Below, one piece after another: positions 10,753-22,116 of a stretch of 64,000 bases of DNA. Under the pieces are notes generated by a model. The model did not search any database. It was not told the origin of the DNA and saw only the letters and a program-made list of their open reading frames with translations. Source of the stretch: Vitrella brassicaformis CCMP3155 (Eukaryota > Protista > Chromerida). The first letter of the stretch is position 1. Each line of letters starts with the position of its first letter. The DNA is taken from contig CDMY01000465.1 of assembly GCA_001179505.1 (NCBI GenBank), positions 7,230 through 71,229 of the forward strand, written 5' to 3'. A program made the position numbers and the translations under genes.

Positions 10753-12924
10753 GCCGACGCAGAACGCAACGGGACACGAACGAATGCTCTCCCCAACCGC
10801 TTTTTCTGGTCTCCTGCTCCAAGCTCGCAATCAGACTCTTCCGGAGGCCATTGAGGCTGCGCGGGACGCACCCAACAATCCGACACATGGACGAGGGTGA
10901 GGGTGAATGAGTGCATGATATGAATGACTCAATGGATGGATGAATGAATTCGTGTGCGGATGGATATCCGGATGGTGAGCGGCTGGTACCATCGGACTTA
11001 CACATCGATCGCATCTACCCATGCCTCCCACAGACGCGATTGTGAATGATCCCATTGATTGACACACAACATTGTGTGTCTGCATAGACACCGGCAATCA
11101 GACAGACAGACGCACTCCATGCATATCATCCGGGTTCGTCTCGCTCTCACAAACCGCCATCATTGCGCGCACACGTCACTCCCACCCAGCCACTTTGCCA
11201 CAGACAGACAGACAGACAGACAGCCATGCAGTACGGTATGCACACACACACACACACTGCAGACGCACTCGACTCCCCCGCCCCCTTGATTGAATCTGTC
11301 TGTCTGTCTGGCGTGGGTGCTTGGCTGCAGGCCACCCACACCGACAGACAGACACAGACAATATAGACGCACGCACATGGAAACAGGGAGAGAGAGGGGC
11401 TTGGCTGGCTGTTTATCAGAGGGAGGGGCTTGGCTACTGTATGTGTGGGCAAGACAGACAGACAGACAGACGAGCAGACGAGCAGACTGACTGACGAGGT
11501 GGTCGATGGGCTGGCTGTGGTGCCACACGAGGCGATGGATGGATGGATGGATGGACGCTTCCACCGGCGGCCAAAGAAAAGAAAACAGACGGGCACTTGA
11601 CACATTCACTCTCTCTCCAAAAAGAAGACAGACGCGTCACCGAACAAAGCACCCGAGCCAAGCGACAAGGAAAGGAAAACATCACACCGTGGAGTGGACC
11701 CCCCGCACCCACACACCAAGGCAGTCGATAGAGTGACAAAGGGAAAGGGAAAGATATACATATCGACCGACACACTGACTTCCCTTGACTGACTGGCCCC
11801 AACGGATCGACGACCGACGGCAAACACACTGACTGACTGCACCCGTCCCCCCATCCATCCGACAAACAGACCGACCGACAGACTGATCGATTAGCCTCAT
11901 GGATTTTGTCCATCGCTGCCCCTCTCCTCAGCTCTTCAAGGAAGCGGCCAGAGGAAGGAAAAAGCAGCGTGTTTGTAATGGGCTGACTGGTTTACTAATT
12001 GCGAGGCGGTGTGGGGAGAAAACGAACAAACACCAACACGCATTGCCCCGCATGGCATTGCATTGCCCCCGCCCTGCCCTGCCCTGCCCGTCGATCCACC
12101 GCTACCCGTCAATCCCCCGCTATCTCCTGGAGAACGGCAAGGTCAGGGCAGCAGTGGACTGGCTGACTGACTGGCTGGCTGACGGGCGAGGGAATGCGCT
12201 GACTGACTGCGGTGCGTATTCCATCCCACTCAAAAGAGACCGACCGACAAACGACGACAGCCATCCACCCAACCACCCACCCACAAGAAAGGAAGAACAG
12301 GGGACATTCTCCGAAAGAAGACAGGCCGGCCATCCGTGGCGAAAAAAACGATAGGTCGACGACGACAAAATAAAACCCGCGACAGCCACCACCCCACCCC
12401 ACACTTGGCATCGCATCCATCTCATCTCCCACCCATATATCCCACCGACCAGCCGAGCTATTTGTCCGTCCGTCCGTCTGTCTGTCTGTCTGCCTCGCTC
12501 ATCGTGTGGCCGTCTGAAAGGAAACGTGAGCCCATCCCCCCGCCATCCCATGCATGTCTCGATCCCTTCTCGTCTCGTCTTGTCTGTCCAGACCTGGCAA
12601 GGCCACCCCGCCCGCACAACAGTCATCCATCCATCCATCCGCACCGCCACACACACTAAAGGGCATCAAAGAAAGGCGTCCACTCCACGACAGACATAAA
12701 CCACAGTGTGCACTCCAGACCGACAAAGGGCATCATCAGACGACAAATCGGTCAGTCAGCCAAACGTGCATTGCTTTGCGGCACACCACACCCATGCAGC
12801 ACACGACAGACAACAGACACCATAAATTGATGCAGACAGACGGTGTCATCCATCCATCCATCCCCCTGTGAGTGCCACGGCATGTGTGTGGTGCCGTTGA
12901 TCCGTCCATCGTTCCTTCCCTCCC

Positions 12925-13224
12925 NNNNNNNNNNNNNNNNNNNNNNNNNNNNNNNNNNNNNNNNNNNNNNNNNNNNNNNNNNNNNNNNNNNNNNNNNNNN
13001 NNNNNNNNNNNNNNNNNNNNNNNNNNNNNNNNNNNNNNNNNNNNNNNNNNNNNNNNNNNNNNNNNNNNNNNNNNNNNNNNNNNNNNNNNNNNNNNNNNNN
13101 NNNNNNNNNNNNNNNNNNNNNNNNNNNNNNNNNNNNNNNNNNNNNNNNNNNNNNNNNNNNNNNNNNNNNNNNNNNNNNNNNNNNNNNNNNNNNNNNNNNN
13201 NNNNNNNNNNNNNNNNNNNNNNNN
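12925..13224. other. Assembly gap (300 N)
   Basis: Run of N. Confidence 1.
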
Positions 13225-14252
13225 GCCACACGCATGGCTGTGTTGATGGGGACGGCTGCGCTGCGGCTGGCTGTGTATGTGGTGGGAGCGGAGGCGCTTG
13301 AGGGACCTGCAGAGGGTGGCACCTCGTGCGTGGCGTCGAGGCTGCTCGAGAAGTCGAGGGCGAGCACGCCATCGCAGGACAGAGGGAGGCCGGATGACGA
13401 GAGGGGCTGGGTGGGGGGCAGACGGCCCTCTTTGAGCTCCGCCCAGAAGAGGAAGATGTCCTTGGTGAGGTTGTCAGGACACACGACGCCCATCGCCAGC
13501 AGGCACCTGTGGCAGTGGATAGTCAGCGAGAGGCCCTTGACAGCTGATCCAGCATGCTGAAGGGGATCTCGTAGGGGTCGGGGATGCTGCGGGCGGTCTC
13601 GGCGATCGTGGCGATGTTGTAGATGTCGATGAAGTCCGCCACGTCGATGTAATGCCCGGGTGAGGAGATCGGCACCACCTCCTCGGCCACGTAGGGGCGC
13701 TTCTCCACCAGCCTCTTCCTCTCTCCGTCGACCTTCAGCGTCAGGTCGAGCTCTCTGGCGGGGTTGTTCTTGTTCGTCAATGCCTCGATAAAACGAACAA
13801 ACGGCGCCCGCCCCTCCCGGCCTCCAGCGCACCAACTTGCCACCAAGGTCCTCCTGGTCGACAGCTTTGTTGAGCTTCCTCAGCCGGGCTTCCTCGATGA
13901 CAGCCGCCACGAAACTCTCCTGCCTCGTCCGGTTGTTGGCCTCCCTCACTGCAGCAGTGTCACCGGCGGCATCGATATCTCCAGGGCACGGCCAGGTCTT
14001 GAAGGCGACTTCCTGCCCATCCCTGACGCCCTTGAACGCCCAAGCAAAGCTGCCCTTGCCCAGCACGCCGGTCAGCTGGTACTGCTGCCCGCCGCGCAGG
14101 TGGATGCTACCGTCGACAAAAGTCTTCCTGACCGGATATGCCGATAAATGGCTGGCGGCGGTCCGCCGGCGGATGGCTCTTGCACGTCCGTCATCGTCAA
14201 GCGGCTGTAATGACAGGTTGTTGAAAAAAAGGTTGCCCCCGTCTGTCCCCAA
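13225..14252 (-). pseudogene. Kinase/RecQ-like module copy 3 (kinase-like part; 3' end lost in the gap)
   Basis: YQLTGVLGKGSFAWAFKGVRDGQEVAFK and GVVCPDNLTKDIFL. Homologous to 8364-9300. Frame breaks at ~13830 and ~13542. Confidence 0.65.
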
Positions 14253-14378
14253 TTCTCGAATTCTCGACAGCTCGCTCCCTTCTTTCTCCCAAACAAACGC
14301 CGAGCCGCCCAGACAGAGGCTGAGGCTGTATCACAGAGAAGTGAAGGCCAACCAACAATTGCCCTGTGCGAGGCCGCG

Positions 14379-17300
14379 ATGATGTCACGAGCCCCGCCTT
14401 TCTACTTGTCGGGCGTCCCTCACACATCGTCTGCAGCCCACTCGAGCGCCTCAGCAGCACCGCGCAGCAGCGACAATGCTAGCAATTACCCCAGCTCGCT
14501 CGTCGGCAGCTGCTTCGTCTGCTGTGCATTCCGCGATAAGGATGACGGCACGCAGCAGGACCAGCAGGGCCATGTGTTGATGCACCAGCACACCGACCCG
14601 TTTGTGCGGTGGCGAGATAAGTGGAAGGGCGTGTTTGACCGGCTGCTGAAGCGGCCGGAGACTGGCGTGGAGGCGGAGGTGTTTCAGATACTGGCGGGCA
14701 TTCTGGCGGGCGAGGCCGTGACGGAGCAGCTTTACAGTATCTACCAGAGGAAACGGAGCGTCGTGGCACTGTTCGTGCCTGAAATCGGTGCACACACCAA
14801 ACAGAGAGGAGGGGAAACACCAGCACCCTACCCTTGGTCTTTTCCCTCTCTCTGTCTGCCCTCTGGGTTTGTGCGTGTGTTTCGTCCATCCATCCACAAT
14901 GTATGTGTGCAGCCAACTATCTTCTGCACGGTGCGGAGCCCAATCGCTCCCACCTGGAGCAGGTCATACTGACCCTCTCCTCCCACGACCTGCAGCTGGC
15001 CCACCAGTTCTGGTGGTACCTCCAAGGCTCCATGATGCCCCCTGTGCTTGTGGAGGGCCAGCTGACTCAGCCCAAGCCACATGCAAGGGTGGAGCTGCTC
15101 AAGCGGGCCTTTGAGGAGGCGGGCAAGGAGGCCGTCAGCGGCGGCAAGCGGCCGGCAAAGAGGGAGATCACTGCGCAGGTGAGAGAGGGGGTGTGGGTGT
15201 GGGGTGCATGGGTCGCGAGCAGGTCTGTGTGTGTTGTGATTGTGTGTGGGGGTGGTAGGATGATTCCAGTGAGAAGGCGGATGATGGCGCGTCGATCGAC
15301 AAGAGCCAGCTGATGCACCGCTTCAGGAAGGTAGGTATACACCACGCACACGTGTTTCTTCCGTGTGTCGTCCATCCATCCATTCATTTGGGCGTTATGT
15401 CATTCGCCATGCAGACGCCCGATTTCATCGACGGCCTCGCCAACATTTCTCGCAACCTGGTGGCCATCAAGAGAAGAGACCTCAGGAAAGAGGTGAGGGA
15501 GCAATGCCACTCACCGCATCGATGTCTGCAGCCACTGTGTGGTTGATTTGTGTGCCAACTGATAGGAGCTGCAGCGGCAGCTGGGCATTCTCAACGAGAT
15601 GCTGCCGGCTGATGTGTACATACCCGTGCTCAACAGACAGAAAGGAGGTGCGTGTGCCAGCCCAGCCAGCCCCCTCCCACCCACCACCACCAGACACCAA
15701 AACCTCTCCTGTGTGCAATGCACTTGTTGCAGAGAGCGAGTCGTTTGTGGCCCACACGGTGCTGCATATTCCCGTCGAGGAGGCATTCTGTCTGCATTCG
15801 AAGGACAGGGCGCCCTTCCACGTGTGCGTCGAGGTGCTCGAGACCGACATGGACGACGACAATGAGTGGGACACGAGAGAGGTGTGCCCCCCAACACACG
15901 TGCATCCATCTGTGTGTGTGCGCGCCATCTTTCCCCTCCCATCTCTTTGCCATGTCAGGCCAACAAGACGGAGAGCGTGTTCGAGCTCATGAAGAAGTCC
16001 TTCACCCCCATGCACAACGCGTACAGCCGACGCGACTCCTACACACACACACACGACTGGCAACACAAGGCCCCCACCCACCACAACCACCCCCACGCCC
16101 ACCCCTCCATGCGCCACTCGGCCCCCCTCCCGCCCCTCTCCCCGTCAGCCGACCACCAAGCAGCAGCAAGTGCCAGTGGCAACTCGGCACACGAGCACGA
16201 AGGAAGCGATGCCCACAGCTGCGCTTATCATGGTGCTGCTGGTGTGGATGAGAAGAGTGAAGGCAGGGCGGCGGCTGGTGAGCCGAAGGGGGGCGGGGGC
16301 GGGAGCGACGGCGCGGAGCTGTTCATCGACCCTGCTGTCGGCAGCCTGATCGTCTCACAGGTGCGTTGGCGCGCGCAAGGGATGCATGGACATCCACATG
16401 TTTGGATGCCTGTGCGTGTGCGTGTGTGTGTGTGCTGCAGATGCCGGAGGAGCAGAAGCAGCATGGCGAGCACTCCCCGTTTCCCCCCCCTGGCCGCGCC
16501 CGGATGCCCAGCACCCACAGCCACGTGTACTCCCACACCCAGCCCGCCACGCCATACGTCAACGACGACACCAACAGGCGAGAGAGAACCATCACTGAGG
16601 AGGAGACCAGAGGTATGTAGCCACACCCACACACACACAGATGAATCGATGGGGGGCATCTGCTTGTGTGCATGGCAGGTTGGAATCCGCCCATCGTCAG
16701 CCACAATGTGAGCATGGCAGCGTCGGCGGTGCGCTCGTCCGACCGGCTGGAGGGAGACGATGACGACGACAACTTCGAGCTCACACAGGAAGAGCTGCAG
16801 TTCTTCGTAAGCCACCGCCACATCTCTCTTCCTCTCACTCTCATTCTCTCACTCTCTCTCTCCCGGTGTGTGTGCAGGAGCGTGTCAAGCAGAAGGGCGG
16901 TGCGCGTGGCATCTTCGGCCAAGTGACGTGGGAGCAGGTGCAGGAGCGTGTGCGCAAGGCCTCCAAGTTCGGTGGCGAACGGGGATGGCGGCTCGTGTCG
17001 GTCATCGTCAAGACCAACTGCGAGCTGCGCCAGGAACAGCTGGCCGCACAGCTGCTCGGCTGGTTCCAGCGGGTAACTAACACGTGCGCAAGAGAGAGGC
17101 CGAGGGAGAGAGAGAAATGCGTGCTGCACGTGTGGCTTGGCTGCATGTCCTGCGTATCAGGTGTGGTCTCGCGCGAAGCTGAAGCTGTGGCTGAAGCCCT
17201 TCCACGTGCTGTCGACGTCGTACGATGCCGGTGGGTGGGCAGGAGGGCCGCGTGTGTGGTGAAGGCATATGTGTGTCTCTGTGTGTGTGTGGTTTGTCCA

Positions 17301-18262
17301 TGCAGGTCTGATAGAGACGATCCCCGACGCGATATCGATCGACTCACTCAAGAAGACCTTCCCGGGCTTTGTGTCGATCAAGGACTACTTCGAGCGGGTC
17401 AGCCAGCAGGACCAGAGAAAGCACCCGCACAACGAACACACACACACGAAGCATTGGTCTGTGGTGCTGCTGTGTGTGTGGGTGTCATATGTGCAGACGT
17501 ACCCCCACTCCCGTCTGCTGCAGAAGGCCAAGCTCAACTACGTCGCCTCAATGGCCGCCTACTCCATCGCTTGCTACATCCTGTCAATAAGGGACCGGTA
17601 GGCACACACATTCTCCCTCCCGCTCTCTCTCCCCCTCCACACTCGTACACAATTTTCAGGCACAATGGGAACATTTTGATCGACACCGAGGGCCACGTCA
17701 TCCACGTCGACTTCGGCTTCATGCTGTCTAACGCCCCCGGGAACGTGCGGTTCGAGCCGCCCTTGTTCAAGCTCACCAACGAGCTGCTCGAGGTCATGGA
17801 GGGGCCGCGCTCGACGCTCTTCAGAAAGTTCCGCGCCAGAGTCGTCAAGGGCTTCTTGGCTGTGAGGAGGGAGATGGACAACCTCTTGGGGCTCATTGAA
17901 ATGATGATGCTCGGTAGGCAATTGCGCACGCAAACAGAGACACGACACCGTTCGCTCGCTCATTCGTTTCTCTCTCTGTGCGTTAAGGTGAGGAGAACAT
18001 AGCGTTGCCGTGTTTTGCGTCGGGTCACGATGCGGTCATCGGCGGCATCCGGGAGAAGATCCCCGAGATGATGCCCGAGCTGGACTTCAGGCAGCACATA
18101 CACAACCTCATCGACGCATCCGTCGACAACTGGCGGTCACGATGGTCCGTACGGATGCCCTCACACACACACGGATGCCATCGCTGCTGCACGTGTGTGT
18201 TGTGTGGTGTCTTGTGTGTCAGGTACGACAAGTATCAGCGGTACTTCGTGGGCATCATGTGA
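14379..18262 (+). CDS. PI4KB: Phosphatidylinositol 4-kinase III beta-like
   Basis: Helical (LAHQFWWYL) and catalytic exons: SKDRAPFHVCVEV, VIVKTNCELRQEQ, GLIETIPDAISIDSLKK, SMAAYSIACYILSIRDRHNGNILID, IHVDFGFMLSNAPGN, FKLT, VDNWRSRWYDKYQ. Canonical GT-AG splicing. Confidence 0.92.
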
Positions 18263-18646
18263 TGACTGGACCGCCTGGACCGATCGATCGCACCCATTGC
18301 CATCGTGCCCGGCAGTTTTTGATGCCTGCCTGCCTGCCTGCCTGTGTCGATTCGTTGCCCTCTGCCTGACAGTTTTGCCACGTTGCTGCGAGCATTCCGC
18401 TCGCCCCCTCGTTCATTTCCCACCACACGCTTGCGTCTGCCTGGTTGGTGCTGATTTGAGGCAGCAAGGAGGGAGATGCAGACGGATGGGGGCGAAGTGA
18501 ATGAGGGCGCGACGAGGACAAATGGACAAGCTAACGTGAATGCTACTTCACGAGGTGAGGCTTTAGGGTTCGCGGGGTTCCAGGGTTTCAAAGTTTCCCA
18601 TAAGTTTCCGGGTGCCATTTCGTTCGTTAACCTCTAAGACCTTGCC

Positions 18647-20370
18647 ATGGCTGTCCTTTTCACTCTTCTCTTCACCTCGATTGCCGGCCTGAGCTCTCTC
18701 GGCAGCGGCGCGCCCAGTCCTCCTCTGTGCGGCGCTTGGTGCCGGACAGCACCTGACGATGAAGCATGTGAAGTCGACAAGAGGCTCACTTCCTGCACGG
18801 GAGAGTACTGCAACACCACATGCGGGCTCTGGTGAGAAACACGGGCTGACACAATGAGATCCATCGAATCGAATCAAGCGGTGTGTGTGTGTTGTGATCA
18901 CTCTTGATGCAGGTCGATGAACATGCTGAGTGGCGAAAAGCCGCCCATCCCATGCGCTATATTTGAGATGAGCGCCGGCTACCCGATCGGGACAAAGCCA
19001 TGCAGACCAGACTGCCTCGGGCCTGAGGTCTCGCCGGCGCGGTGGCCCCTGCCGCTGGGTCTGGGCTTGCTGTGCTGCAACGACGAGTGCATGCCGGCTG
19101 TACAGGTGAGCATCAGCAGGTCCCAAGTGTGTGGAGCATGATGACTTGACTCTCGCTCTGTTGCTGGTACTCTCTTGCAGCGGAGGCATGCATTTCACCC
19201 CGAGTACCAGTGTGGCGTAATGCAGGTGGGTCACAGGCAGGCAGGCAGGGAGGGAGGGAGGGAGGGAGGGAGGAAGCGCGTGTGTGGCCATTGATGGGCT
19301 GGCTTCTGTGTGTCTGTGTGGGATGCATTCAGTGTCCCTGCAACGTCTTCGGCAGCGACTGCCCTGATGATTGGAAGCGGGTAACCCGGCTGACCAAGAC
19401 CCCTCTGGACCCCTCAACGGCCCAGCAGCTGTACCTGTACCTCTCTATCCCCGACTGGCATGCAGTCATGGCCTCATTCGAGCTGGGCGGCGCCACGCGC
19501 ATCTTCGTCACACACGACATGGTCTCATCAGACATGCCCGAGGCCGACTACTCGATCGCGAGCGTCACCACGCCCGGCGTGATCGAGCTGCTCTCACAGA
19601 CACCCCTGGCGTACCTCCACCCCAACGCAACGGCCACGGCTCGCGCCATCCGTGCAATGCCGAATGACGTCGACCGTCCTGGTCTGGTCGTCAACCCATC
19701 TGTGGGCGCCTTCATGAACAGCAAAGGCACGACGCTGATGGGCGCCCTCACCAGTGGCGACTCTTATGGCGATCGGCTTCTATTGGTCAGCACAGGAGTG
19801 GGTCTCGGGGCGATTCGCGCAACAGTTGAGACGCTGCTGAAGGAGAGGGGCATACTGTCACGGCTGAAGCAGGTCATCGTGTACACCGGCGACCGGTCAG
19901 TGACACACCTGCCGTACCGTGCTCACGTGGAGGGATGGCTGACCGAGGCCGACATCGAGACAGTGGTCGTCTTGAGCCGGCAGGATGACAGCTGCAGTGA
20001 GACCGATCCCCTCTGCGCAACGGCTCACGAGGCGTCCAAGCGACTGCCCCGACTGCTCGCGGCCAACCCCACCGTGCAACGATTCGTCAACGGCACGTCC
20101 ACTGATGTCAACACACCGATGGCCGAGCAACAGATGCAAATGCGCAGCCTTAGTTGGCGAGGCGGCAAGATCTACGTGCAGCACGCCGTCGGTCTGGATA
20201 TGGCCAAGGGGGGCAAGCTAGCGGCCGATGGGTGGACGTTCGGCAACACGATGGTGGTGTGTGTGGGGCGGTTCGAGATGGTCGACCAGCTGCCCGATGT
20301 GCTGCGGGCCGTCTGTCAAGATGAGGGCCAGGAATGCAGACGATTCATCGACGAGCGGCTGTTCCAGTAG
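18647..20370 (+). CDS. Signal peptide + Cys-rich domain + FNR-superfamily FAD/NAD(P)-binding domain (3 exons)
   Basis: Exons 18647-18831, 18913-19105, 19333-20370 are in phase. There are 15 Cys in the N-terminal ~135 aa. FNR-like motifs appear in order: YSIAS, LLLVSTGVGLGAI, VIVYTGDR, VVLSR, YVQH, VCVGRFEMV. Confidence 0.75.
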
Positions 20371-21077
20371 ACGGCCTTACGTGACGAATGAATGTGTGTT
20401 GGTGTACGTAATGGGGTGGGCGGTGTCGATAGTATGAATGTGCCATGCACAGCACACAGGGAGTATTGGTTGTTAGCTGCGTGTGCAGCCCAGCCCTTTC
20501 TCGGTGTGTCTATGAAGGAAGCTATTTTTCTGTCGGCCGGCAGTGTTGCTCAGTCTGTAGTGGCTCGGACTGACCGATCGATGAGTTTGCAAGGGCTGTT
20601 CAGCACTGGTCGATTTACCTTGGTTGCTCCCCGGTTCATGTTGTTGTCTTCACTGGCACTCAGTCGCTTGCTGCCTTCGACGCGCAGCAGTCGGGAAGAG
20701 TGCAGTGCACGAGGTGACGTTAGCCGGCGAGGGCCTACCCATGGAGGTCTACGTATGGTTTGTGCGGCATATCGAGGTTGAACAGAGACTTATTCGAAGT
20801 TGGAAACACATTGAGTCATAGCAACGGCAGGCAGAGTTTGTCGATCTCTCATGAAATGAACTGTGTCAATCGACCAACCCTCAATCACGCGAGCATCCGA
20901 CGGACGGACAGGACAAAGGGGCATTGCACAGCCGAGACACGAAGAGAGACAAGACACGACCTAAGTACCCTCCTTTCAGATCAAGTCCTTTTTTCCTTCT
21001 TCAGAAGCAATTTTCTACAACCGTTTTCTTTCCACGGACGACCACGCGTCCACGTCTTTCCACCATCTCCTAAGTCA

Positions 21078-21908
21078 TCACGGGCTGACTGCATCGAAGT
21101 AATCACCTGCGATGGACACATCATCGCCGTCACCGTTGACGGAGACCATGTCCTCTTCGTATCTCGTGTCCAAGTGCGGGCGCCGCTTCTCCTTCTTTAT
21201 GGCCTTCAGGGATTTCTTCGACTGGCGCTTGTTTTTTCGTGACACACATCACACGGAGGAACAAGAGGTACACCTCATGCATGTCAGAACCAAACAGGCC
21301 GGCTTGCTTACTTTGATTTTCTGCTTGATGCGTTTGGCCCTTGCCTCCCGAAGTTGCTGCACGACATCGCGGAGGCCGTAGTTGACCCGGACATCAGCCT
21401 GTGCCGTTTTTTCCCTGACGAGACACACGCATACAAGCCACGAGACACGAGACACGACAGGGACACGTGCATGTTTTCTGCTGTCCATGACGATCTATCA
21501 GATGCCCTCTCTGCACAAGTCTGGCGTACATGCACAAGGGGCAGACGGCTACGCGACGACTGCTCCTGCGGAACTCAGTGCGAATCAGTCTTCGAACGCA
21601 CTGATTGACAAGGAGGCATTCCATGTGTTCATCATTGACAGTGTGTGTGCACAGAATCACGGACCTTCGCGCAAAAGGAGTGACCTGACGGCAGATGGTT
21701 GGGTGGATGGATGACACACCGCACAAGACAACACACACGTCCCCCCAGAACCCCCCAGGGCCTCTCTCTCTCGCTCTTTCTCTCTCTGCGTGCGTGTGTG
21801 TGCGAATATTTGCTCACCGCATGGGAGAACTTGAGGCTGCTTGTCGACCTTTTCGTGGTGCCAGTCCTTGAAGCACACGCCGCACTGGGGAACTTCAATT
21901 CCCGCCAT
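21078..21908 (-). CDS. Small C3HC4 RING finger protein
   Basis: Spliced MAGIEVPQCGVCFKDW...PQVLPCGHSFCAKCVRRL...CPLC...NYGLRDVV, then a Lys/Arg-rich and acidic tail. Confidence 0.8.
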
Positions 21909-22116
21909 CAGATACGCGAGAGCTCCCTGGAAGTTATGCGCAAGTTGTCCGCCCTAGTCTCGACGCGAAATAAGCTGCCCTCACCTTGGGTTGATTGGAC
22001 GCCGAGGTCCCCCGCGCTGGCAGCGTTGAGTTCGAGCCTGGGGGCGCATGGGGGCGGCCTGATACTGCATGCCATCAGTGCGCGTGCATTCCGTTGGTCA
22101 ACAGACGAGCTAGGAG

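Noticed and set aside
11000-12924. ORFs in the (GACA)n/(TGGA)n/(CA)n-rich region, including RYPSIPRYLLENGK at ~12098-12140
   Set aside because: No coherent exon chain or family motif. The translations are dominated by microsatellite peptides (TDRQ, HTHT, SIHP).
13823-13844. A 22-nt GT-AG mini-intron that would repair the copy-3 kinase frame
   Set aside because: It is far shorter than other introns here, and copy 2 uses the homologous bases as coding sequence. A simple indel is more parsimonious.
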